NCBI RefSeq assembly: GCF_003018255.1
Contig: NZ_CP027440.1
DNA length: 64,000 nt
From: Escherichia coli
GTDB lineage: Bacteria > Pseudomonadota > Gammaproteobacteria > Enterobacterales > Enterobacteriaceae
Direction: 5' to 3' (one strand)
Each line of letters opens with the position of its first letter. Within the stretch, counting starts at the first letter, position 1. A program made the position numbers and the translations under genes. Shown piece by piece: positions 52,390-64,000 of this stretch. The notes beneath the pieces were generated by a model. That model was given only the letters and a program-made list of their open reading frames with translations, made no database searches and was not told the origin of the DNA.

Positions 52390-53493
52390 ATGACAAAAGT
52401 ATTGCTGTCTCATCCCCCGCGCCCGGCGAGCCATAACTCAAGCCGCGCGATGGTGTGGGTGCGAAAAAATCTGTTCTCCAGCTTGAGCAATAGCCTACTG
52501 ACTATTGGCTGCATATGGTTGATGTGGGAACTGATCCCACCGTTGCTGAACTGGGCATTTTTGCAGGCTAACTGGGTTGGCTCAACGCGTGCCGACTGCA
52601 CAAAAGCCGGTGCCTGTTGGGTCTTCATCCACGAACGATTTGGTCAGTTTATGTATGGGCTTTACCCACACGACCAACGCTGGCGAATTAACCTCGCATT
52701 ACTGATTGGGCTTGTGTCGATCGCACCAATGTTCTGGAAAATACTCCCGCATCGCGGTCGCTATATTGCGGTCTGGGCAGTGATTTACCCACTGATTGTC
52801 TGGTGGCTGATGTATGGCGGTTTTTTTGGTCTTGAGCGGGTTGAAACCCGGCAATGGGGTGGGCTGACGCTAACTTTAATTATTGCATCAGTTGGGATTG
52901 CGGGGGCGTTACCGTGGGGGATCTTACTGGCGTTAGGTCGCCGCTCCCATATGCCGATTGTGCGTATCTTATCGGTCATTTTTATCGAGTTCTGGCGCGG
53001 CGTACCGCTGATTACCGTATTGTTTATGTCTTCGGTCATGCTGCCTTTGTTTATGGCAGAAGGCACCAGTATCGACAAACTGATCCGCGCGCTGGTTGGC
53101 GTGATCCTGTTTCAGTCAGCATATGTTGCGGAAGTCGTGCGAGGCGGATTACAGGCGCTGCCTAAAGGGCAATATGAAGCGGCAGAGTCGCTGGCGTTGG
53201 GTTACTGGAAAACCCAGGGGCTGGTTATTCTGCCACAGGCGTTGAAGCTGGTGATTCCTGGGCTGGTAAATACCATCATCGCACTTTTCAAAGATACCAG
53301 CCTGGTGATCATCATCGGGTTGTTCGATCTTTTCAGTAGCGTTCAGCAGGCAACCGTTGATCCCGCCTGGTTGGGTATGTCGACGGAAGGGTATGTTTTC
53401 GCCGCACTGATCTACTGGATCTTCTGTTTCAGCATGTCACGTTATAGCCAACATCTGGAAAAACGTTTTAACACCGGGCGTACACCGCATTGA
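52390..53493 (+). CDS. yhdY: ABC transporter permease
   Basis: Start set to the second ATG (52390), which has GGAG 5 nt upstream. Confidence 0.8.
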   Translation: MTKVLLSHPPRPASHNSSRAMVWVRKNLFSSLSNSLLTIGCIWLMWELIPPLLNWAFLQANWVGSTRADCTKAGACWVFIHERFGQFMYGLYPHDQRWRINLALLIGLVSIAPMFWKILPHRGRYIAVWAVIYPLIVWWLMYGGFFGLERVETRQWGGLTLTLIIASVGIAGALPWGILLALGRRSHMPIVRILSVIFIEFWRGVPLITVLFMSSVMLPLFMAEGTSIDKLIRALVGVILFQSAYVAEVVRGGLQALPKGQYEAAESLALGYWKTQGLVILPQALKLVIPGLVNTIIALFKDTSLVIIIGLFDLFSSVQQATVDPAWLGMSTEGYVFAALIYWIFCFSMSRYSQHLEKRFNTGRTPH

Positions 53494-53500
53494 GGACACT

Positions 53501-54259
53501 ATGAGCCAAATTTTACTGCAACCTGCTAACGCGATGATTACGCTGGAAAACGTCAATAAATGGTATGGGCAATTCCATGTTTTGAAAAATATAAATTTAA
53601 CCGTGCAACCGGGAGAACGGATCGTTCTGTGTGGCCCTTCTGGTTCCGGTAAATCGACAACCATTCGTTGTATTAATCATCTGGAAGAACATCAACAGGG
53701 ACGGATCGTGGTGGATGGCATCGAACTTAATGAAGATATCCGCAATATTGAGCGCGTCAGGCAGGAAGTGGGAATGGTCTTTCAGCATTTCAATCTCTTC
53801 CCTCATCTGACCGTTCTACAGAACTGTACCCTGGCACCGATTTGGGTACGCAAGATGCCTAAGAAAGAGGCTGAAGATCTGGCGTTGCATTACCTTGAGC
53901 GGGTGAGAATTGCCGAACATGCCCAGAAGTTTCCCGGACAGATTTCTGGTGGTCAGCAGCAACGCGTTGCCATTGCGCGTTCGCTGTGTATGAAGCCGAA
54001 AATTATGTTATTTGATGAGCCAACGTCGGCGCTCGATCCTGAGATGGTGAAAGAGGTGCTGGATACGATGATTGGGCTGGCGCAGTCGGGTATGACAATG
54101 CTGTGTGTAACACATGAGATGGGGTTTGCACGAACCGTCGCTGACAGGGTGATTTTTATGGATCGTGGGGAGATAGTGGAACAAGCTGCACCGGATGAGT
54201 TTTTTGCGCATCCTAAATCAGAGCGTACGAGGGCATTTTTATCGCAGGTGATCCATTAA
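53501..54259 (+). CDS. yhdZ: ABC transporter ATP-binding subunit
   Basis: 252-aa ORF with Walker [10 protein letters not shown] and signature LSGGQQQRV. Confidence 0.9.
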   Translation: MSQILLQPANAMITLENVNKWYGQFHVLKNINLTVQPGERIVLCGPSGSGKSTTIRCINHLEEHQQGRIVVDGIELNEDIRNIERVRQEVGMVFQHFNLFPHLTVLQNCTLAPIWVRKMPKKEAEDLALHYLERVRIAEHAQKFPGQISGGQQQRVAIARSLCMKPKIMLFDEPTSALDPEMVKEVLDTMIGLAQSGMTMLCVTHEMGFARTVADRVIFMDRGEIVEQAAPDEFFAHPKSERTRAFLSQVIH

Positions 54260-54275
54260 TTGAATGTTAGTTCGA

Positions 54276-54306
54276 AAAGCAAAAAGGCCATCCTTTCGGA
54301 TGGCCT
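54276..54306 (-). terminator. rrnD operon terminator (also sits just downstream of yhdZ)
   Basis: AGGCCATCCgaaaGGATGGCCT hairpin followed by TTTTTGCTTTT on the minus strand. Confidence 0.55.
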
Positions 54307-54319
54307 TTCGCTTGATTTG

Positions 54320-54439
54320 ATGTCTGGCAGTTCCCTACTCTCGCATGGGGAGACCCCACACTACCATCGGCGCTACGGCGTTTCACTTCTGAGTTCGGCA
54401 TGGGGTCAGGTGGGACCACCGCGCTACTGCCGCCAGACA
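54320..54439 (-). rRNA. rrfF: 5S rRNA, distal copy of rrnD
   Basis: 120-nt reverse-complement match to E. coli 5S rRNA. Confidence 0.9.
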
Positions 54440-54476
54440 AATTCTTTTCTAATCTGCCGAACTTTAACCTAAAAAG

Positions 54477-54552
54477 TGGTGCTGATACCCAGAGTCGAAC
54501 TGGGGACCTCACCCTTACCAAGGGTGCGCTCTACCAACTGAGCCATATCAGC
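54477..54552 (-). tRNA. thrV: tRNA-Thr (anticodon GGU)
   Basis: 76-nt reverse-complement match to E. coli tRNA-Thr; CCA end present. Confidence 0.9.
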
Positions 54553-54564
54553 ACGCTAAATTTG

Positions 54565-54684
54565 ATGCCTGGCAGTTCCCTACTCTCGCATGGGGAGACC
54601 CCACACTACCATCGGCGCTACGGCGTTTCACTTCTGAGTTCGGCATGGGGTCAGGTGGGACCACCGCGCTAAGGCCGCCAGGCA
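54565..54684 (-). rRNA. rrfD: 5S rRNA, proximal copy of rrnD
   Basis: 120-nt reverse-complement match to E. coli 5S rRNA. Confidence 0.9.
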
Positions 54685-54781
54685 AATTCTGTTTTATCAA
54701 CACGTCTCGTTATGACATGTCGATTTAATCTGTATCAGGCTGAAAATCTTCTCTCATCCGCCAAAACATCTTCGGCGTTGT

Positions 54782-57686
<2,905 letters not shown>

Positions 57687-57860
57687 TCACAACCCGAAGA
57701 TGTTTCACTTCAGAGTTGCGAAAATTTGAGAGACTCACGAACAACTTTCGTTGTTCAGTGTTTCAATTTTCAGCTTGATCCAGATTTTTAAAGAGCAAAA
57801 CTTCGCAGTGAACCTTTGCAGGTACACTCTGAAGTATTTTTTATTTAATCACTACAGAGA

Positions 57861-57936
57861 TGGTGGAGCTATGCGGGATCGAACCGCAGACCTCCTGCGT
57901 GCAAAGCAGGCGCTCTCCCAGCTGAGCTATAGCCCC
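57861..57936 (-). tRNA. alaU: tRNA-Ala (anticodon UGC), spacer tRNA
   Basis: 76-nt reverse-complement match to E. coli tRNA-Ala. Confidence 0.9.
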
Positions 57937-57978
57937 ATAACATGTAGTTAAAACCTCTTCAAATTTGCCGTGCAAATT

Positions 57979-58055
<77 letters not shown>

Positions 58056-58123
58056 GTAGAGGTTTTACTGCTCATTTTCATCAGACAATCTGTGTGAGCA
58101 CTGCAAAGTACGCTTCTTTAAGG

Positions 58124-59665
<1,542 letters not shown>

Positions 59666-59789
59666 AAAAGTTTGATGCTCAAAGAATTAAACTTCGTAAT
59701 GAATTACGTGTTCACTCTTGAGACTTGGTATTCATTTTTCGTCTTGCGACGTTAAGAATCCGTACCTTCGAGTGCCCACACAGATTGTC

Positions 59790-59809
59790 TGATAAATTGT
59801 TAAAGAGCA
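59790..59809 (-). promoter_or_regulatory. rrn leader boxA antitermination element
   Basis: Reverse complement reads TGCTCTTTAACAATTTATCA. Confidence 0.65.
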
Positions 59810-59849
59810 GTTGCGACGCGGCTTTCAGCTCACTGTCGCGAGGTGGCGT

Positions 59850-59877
59850 ATATTACGCTTTCCTCTTTCAGAGTCAA
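59850..59877 (-). promoter_or_regulatory. rrnD P2 promoter (-35 TTGACT, -10 TAATAT)
   Basis: Hexamers read on the minus strand upstream of boxA. Confidence 0.55.
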
Positions 59878-59957
59878 CCCCGAATTTCAGGATTTTTTCT
59901 CTTTGTTGTTACGACCATCTTGTGAAGTGTTTCACGTTGTCGTCTCAACGGAGGCGC

Positions 59958-59985
59958 ATTATAGGGATCCCAATTTTTTGCACAA
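59958..59985 (-). promoter_or_regulatory. rrnD P1 promoter (-35 TTGTGC, -10 TATAAT, GC-rich discriminator)
   Basis: Hexamers read on the minus strand; A/T-rich UP-element-like tract lies just upstream (59986..60010). Confidence 0.55.
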
Positions 59986-60137
59986 GTACTTTTTTGATCT
60001 TTTTTTCTGTTTGTTGCTTTTTCACCCTTTTTGCTGCATTCGCACACAAAACGGTGCTTTTTTGCATGCTAAAAGACTTGCACAAGGCCAATAATGCACC
60101 CAAAGTCATTAGTAAATCATTTATTGTTGAGGTGAGT

Positions 60138-60692
60138 ATGTCTGATGTTTTACGCCCATACCGCGATCTTTTTCCACAAATCGGCCAGCGCGTAATGATC
60201 GACGATAGCAGCGTCGTGATTGGTGACGTTCGTCTGGCTGATGATGTGGGGATCTGGCCGCTCGTTGTGATTCGTGGAGATGTACATTATGTACAGATCG
60301 GAGCACGCACCAATATCCAGGATGGCAGTATGTTGCATGTCACTCATAAATCCTCGTACAACCCAGATGGCAACCCATTAACCATTGGCGAAGATGTCAC
60401 TGTTGGTCACAAGGTGATGCTCCACGGCTGCACCATTGGCAATCGAGTTTTGGTTGGGATGGGCTCAATTTTACTTGATGGCGCAATAGTAGAAGATGAT
60501 GTGATGATTGGTGCGGGTAGCCTGGTCCCACAAAATAAACGGCTGGAGAGCGGATATCTGTATCTCGGTAGCCCCGTCAAACAGATCCGCCCGTTAAGTG
60601 ATGAAGAGAAGGCTGGGTTACGCTATTCCGCGAAGAATTACGTGAAATGGAAGGACGAATATCTGGATCAGGGTAACCAGACCCAACCTTGA
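60138..60692 (+). CDS. yrdA: Gamma-carbonic-anhydrase-like hexapeptide-repeat protein YrdA
   Basis: Trimmed to ATG at 60138 giving MSDVLRPYRDLFPQIG... (184 aa). Confidence 0.85.
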   Translation: MSDVLRPYRDLFPQIGQRVMIDDSSVVIGDVRLADDVGIWPLVVIRGDVHYVQIGARTNIQDGSMLHVTHKSSYNPDGNPLTIGEDVTVGHKVMLHGCTIGNRVLVGMGSILLDGAIVEDDVMIGAGSLVPQNKRLESGYLYLGSPVKQIRPLSDEEKAGLRYSAKNYVKWKDEYLDQGNQTQP

Positions 60693-60925
60693 TCATCTTC
60701 ACTTTGTTCCTGAATTAAGTTTTCCGCTTCTTCTTCCAGGTCCCAGCGATGCTGACGAAAACTCGCTAACCACTGTTCTGGCGTATCTCCAGTAAAGCGA
60801 TACGCCAGACTCTCGCCAGAGATCGCACATGTCAGTTGCATACCATTCACGAGAGCGGGAAAACATACACATCTTTTATTCTCGTCCCACTCTTCCCTAT
60901 CCGGAAACTGGATGGCCTGATTCAC
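60668..60925 (-). CDS. yrdB: DUF1488-family protein YrdB
   Basis: 85-aa ORF; 3' end overlaps yrdA by 25 bp. Confidence 0.8.
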   Translation of the reverse strand: MNQAIQFPDREEWDENKRCVCFPALVNGMQLTCAISGESLAYRFTGDTPEQWLASFRQHRWDLEEEAENLIQEQSEDDQGWVWLP

Positions 60926-61740
60926 GCTGACAATTCCTGTTGCAATAGTTTGATGACCGGTTCTACATCAGGCAGAACGCCATGCCAAAGAAGGAAGGCA
61001 TGAGCCGCCTGTGCCACCAGCATTCCTAAACCATCAGCATTACGCTTTGAGCCTCGCTGCTCACACCATGCCAGAAAAGGAGTTTTTCCTTTCTGATAGA
61101 ACATGTCATAGCAATAAATGCCTGGATGAATAAGCGATGACGGGATCGCCGGAATATCACCACTGATGCCACTGGATGTTGCATTAATAATGAGATCAAA
61201 CTCATGACCTTCCAGTTCGTCCATACCCAACGCCTGAATACTGCCAGTGTGCGCAAACAATTTAGCCAACTCTTCCGCGCGGGATACCGTCCGATTAGTG
61301 ATTGTCACCGCACAGTCCAGGGAAAGAAGTGGCAGTAGTACGCCGCGAGAAGCTCCACCAGCGCCGATGAGCAGAATACGTAAACCAGGACGGATAAAAG
61401 ACAGACGTTCCAGATCGCTTAACAAACCTATACCATCGGTATTGTCACCCAGCAGGCGTCCATCTTCTAACCGCTTGAGGGTATTAACAGCACCAGCCAA
61501 CGCTGCCCGTTCAGTAAGCTCATCCGCTCTGGCAAAAGCCTCTTCTTTAAAAGGTACCGTCACATTCGCACCTTTACCACCAGCACTAAAGAAAGCGTTC
61601 AGTGTGTTGATGAAATCATTGATGGGTGCCAACACGCGCCCATAGGGATGTTCAATATTCAGTTGCTGAGCAAATTGCTGATGAATGAATGGCGATTTGC
61701 TGTGGGCTATCGGATTACCAAAAACAGCATAGGTTTCCAT
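60922..61740 (-). CDS. aroE: Shikimate dehydrogenase
   Basis: Trimmed to [17 protein letters not shown]... (272 aa). Confidence 0.9.
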   Translation of the reverse strand: METYAVFGNPIAHSKSPFIHQQFAQQLNIEHPYGRVLAPINDFINTLNAFFSAGGKGANVTVPFKEEAFARADELTERAALAGAVNTLKRLEDGRLLGDNTDGIGLLSDLERLSFIRPGLRILLIGAGGASRGVLLPLLSLDCAVTITNRTVSRAEELAKLFAHTGSIQALGMDELEGHEFDLIINATSSGISGDIPAIPSSLIHPGIYCYDMFYQKGKTPFLAWCEQRGSKRNADGLGMLVAQAAHAFLLWHGVLPDVEPVIKLLQQELSA

Positions 61741-61744
61741 TATG

Positions 61745-62317
61745 TTACCCCTGTCGAAACAGTTCACCCGTCAGGGCATCGCGGATTTCTGAAGGATTTA
61801 AACGCCCCCCCGTTTCACCAGGCACAACCGGGAACGCCGCGCCAAATTGTGCGCGAACTTCGTCTACTGTTCGACAAGGTGGCAATCCACTCAAGTTGGC
61901 ACTGGTAGAAACCAGCGGTTTACCATAAGCCTGGCACAAAGCAACCACCAACGGATGGTCGGTGACTCGTACAGCAAGCGAATCAAAGCGGCCCGTCAAC
62001 CAGCGCGGTGTTGTCGCAGGCGCGGGAAAGACAAAGGTGACAGGACCTGGCCAGCGGGAAAAAATGGTTTCACGCTGCGCATCAGTCAGCATGGTGTCAT
62101 CAATATAGGGTTTAAGCTGCTCGTAATTTGCCGCGATTAAAATCAGCCCCTTATCAACCGGACGCTGTTTTAACTCCAACAGTCGCATCACTGCTGTTTC
62201 GCTATCAGGATCGCACCCGACACCGAAAACGGCTTCCGTTGGATAGGCGATGACACGTTTTTCATTGAGGACATCTATCGCAGCTGCGATAGCGTCTCCT
62301 TGCAGGTTATTATTCAC
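61745..62317 (-). CDS. tsaC: L-threonylcarbamoyladenylate synthase TsaC (formerly YrdC)
   Basis: Start set to GTG at 62317, giving 190 aa and aligning with the known N-terminus. Confidence 0.8.
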   Translation of the reverse strand: MNNNLQGDAIAAAIDVLNEKRVIAYPTEAVFGVGCDPDSETAVMRLLELKQRPVDKGLILIAANYEQLKPYIDDTMLTDAQRETIFSRWPGPVTFVFPAPATTPRWLTGRFDSLAVRVTDHPLVVALCQAYGKPLVSTSANLSGLPPCRTVDEVRAQFGAAFPVVPGETGGRLNPSEIRDALTGELFRQG

Positions 62318-62321
62318 GTTA

Positions 62322-62864
62322 TTATTCCGCCGAAACCGGCTTTCCACATTGTTTACTGGCACAAAAGTGTTTTACACCCTGCGCGGTTTTCTTTTCGATG
62401 AGTAGCGGATAATGACACTCAGGGCATTCTCCAGCTATGGGTTTGAAGTTAATGGCAAATTGACACTCCGGGTAGCGATCACAGGAGTGAAATGTTTTGC
62501 CATAACGGGAACGGCGCTGGACCAGATGGCCCGTCCGACATTGGGGACAGGTAATTGCTGTTTCGTCCGGTTTATCGATAAGTTCGGTATGTTCGCATTC
62601 AGGGTAGTTACTGCAACCAATAAACATACCAAAGCGTCCCTGGCGTAATACCAGATTTGCGCCACATGCAGGGCAAACCTGCCCCTCCAGAACTTTGACA
62701 ATATGTCCATCCGCTGAAGATTTCAGAGGACGGACGTAGTCACACGCCGGATACTGTGAGCATCCAAGAAACGGACCGTGTTTCCCGGATCGAATAACCA
62801 GTTCAGCCCCGCACTTTGGGCAGGACTCATTATTACGCACCGTGAACAGTGCTGATTTCGCCAT
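62322..62864 (-). CDS. yrdD: Zinc-ribbon (topoisomerase DNA-binding C4-type) protein YrdD
   Basis: 180-aa ORF with repeated C-x2-C...C-x2-C motifs. Confidence 0.85.
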   Translation of the reverse strand: MAKSALFTVRNNESCPKCGAELVIRSGKHGPFLGCSQYPACDYVRPLKSSADGHIVKVLEGQVCPACGANLVLRQGRFGMFIGCSNYPECEHTELIDKPDETAITCPQCRTGHLVQRRSRYGKTFHSCDRYPECQFAINFKPIAGECPECHYPLLIEKKTAQGVKHFCASKQCGKPVSAE

Positions 62865-62892
62865 AACAACTTATGCTGAATTAAAGAAATGA

Positions 62893-63366
62893 TTAATGCA
62901 GCATACCTTCATTCACTTCAAAGAGTAATTCTTCCATTTGCTGGTACGCATTTTCGCAGCCCGGAATATTGAACAACACCATCAGGATTACCCATTTCAG
63001 GTCTTCCAGGTCGAACTCTGCGGTATCCAGCGCGAGCACTCGCTCTATCACCATTTCACGGGTTTCAAGGTTAAGCACCTGAATTTGCTCAAGGAAAAGC
63101 AGAAAACCACGACAGCTGGCATCCAGCCTTTCACACTCTTCAGGGGTATAAATACGCATGGAGAGTGGATCAGAGGCCAGTTGCATCGGTTCTGCCAGTC
63201 CTTCCTGATAATCCGCAAGCTTTTCCAGCCAAAGCAGGGCATTGTAGATATCTTCTCGATCAAATCCTGCGTCGGTAAGATCCTGTTCAAGTTTGTCTTG
63301 ATCCACACGCAACTCAGCTTCTGTGTGAATATAGGTTTCAAACAAATACATTAGTACGTCGAACAT
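62893..63366 (-). CDS. smg: Smg (DUF494) protein
   Basis: 157-aa acidic ORF matches E. coli Smg. Confidence 0.85.
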
Positions 63367-64000
63367 GGCATGCCCTCCTCAATCGGACATAGCCGCCGGG
63401 TACAGCTGCGATCCATCCTGCTAACTCCAGTTCGAGTAGTTGAGTTACTACCTCTGGCACAGGTTGGCCGGCACGTTCAGCGACGACGTCAACAGGTGTT
63501 ACCTCATCTCCTACGTTAGCCAGGAGCTCAGGAAATGGCAATGCCACGTCTTCCTGATCTGGTGAATAAAATGAATTTTCAGGGGCGTCTGGCAACCAGT
63601 GCAATCCAAATTGCAAGTTTTCCAGAATTTCTTCCGGTTCCGTCACAAGAATCGCACCTTGTTTTATTAACCAGTGAGGCCCTTCGCTTCCCGGATTCCC
63701 TAATGGACCCGGCAAGGCAAAAACTTCACGCCCCTGCTCAAGCGCACAACGTGCTGTCACCAGCGAACCACTGCGCAAAGCCGCTTCCACCACCAGTACA
63801 CCTTTACTTAGACCACTGATAATGCGATTTCTTCGTGGGAAATTGTAAGCAAGGGGTGGAACATCGAGGGGAAATTCCGAGACAAGAGCACCACCATGTT
63901 CAAGCAAACTGGTAGCCAGTCGGGCATGGCGACGCGGATGAATGGTATTAAGTCCATTCCCCAATACAGCAATGCTGACGCCATTTACCTGTAAGGCCGC
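63338..64000 (-). CDS. dprA: DNA-processing protein DprA (Smf), C-terminal part; 5' end lies beyond the window
   Basis: Frame is open to the window edge; C-terminal sequence matches E. coli Smf; overlaps smg start. Confidence 0.8.

Noticed and set aside
59811-60137. N-terminal 109 codons of the 293-aa track ORF 59811..60692
   Set aside because: This segment covers the rrnD P1/P2 promoter and upstream A/T-rich region. The real yrdA begins at the ATG at 60138, matching the known 184-aa protein.

Overview
This window is a gene-dense stretch of an Escherichia coli K-12-type core chromosome, running from the nan (sialic acid) operon through the rrnD ribosomal RNA operon to smg/dprA. I found no insertion sequence, integrase, prophage remnant, CRISPR array, compositionally foreign island or gene cluster resembling an undescribed defence or toxin system, so I judge it an ordinary core region. 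All identifications rest on recognising the ORF-track translations and RNA sequences from memory; no database search or structure prediction could be run. Both strands are almost fully occupied by well-characterised genes: yhcG (3' fragment), yhcH-nanKETA, nanR, dcuD, sspAB, rplM-rpsI, zapE/zapG, degQ/degS, mdh, argR, yhcN/yhcO, aaeXAB/aaeR, tldD, yhdP, rng, yhdE, mreBCD, csrD, acuI, accBC, yhdT-panF, prmA, dusB-fis, yhdJ, yhdU, acrS/acrEF, yhdV, yhdWXYZ, the complete rrnD operon (16S, tRNA-Ile, tRNA-Ala, 23S, 5S, tRNA-Thr, second 5S), then yrdA, yrdB, aroE, tsaC, yrdD, smg and the 3' part of dprA. Several track ORFs carry spurious N-terminal extensions; I trimmed their starts to the ATG or GTG that matches the known N-terminus and has a plausible ribosome-binding site. 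The findings are modest: a short GC-rich palindrome present twice, orphan genes (barstar-like yhcO, methyltransferase yhdJ), a roughly 1 kb non-coding gap upstream of accB, small palindromes in promoter regions, and sequence differences between the two 5S genes.
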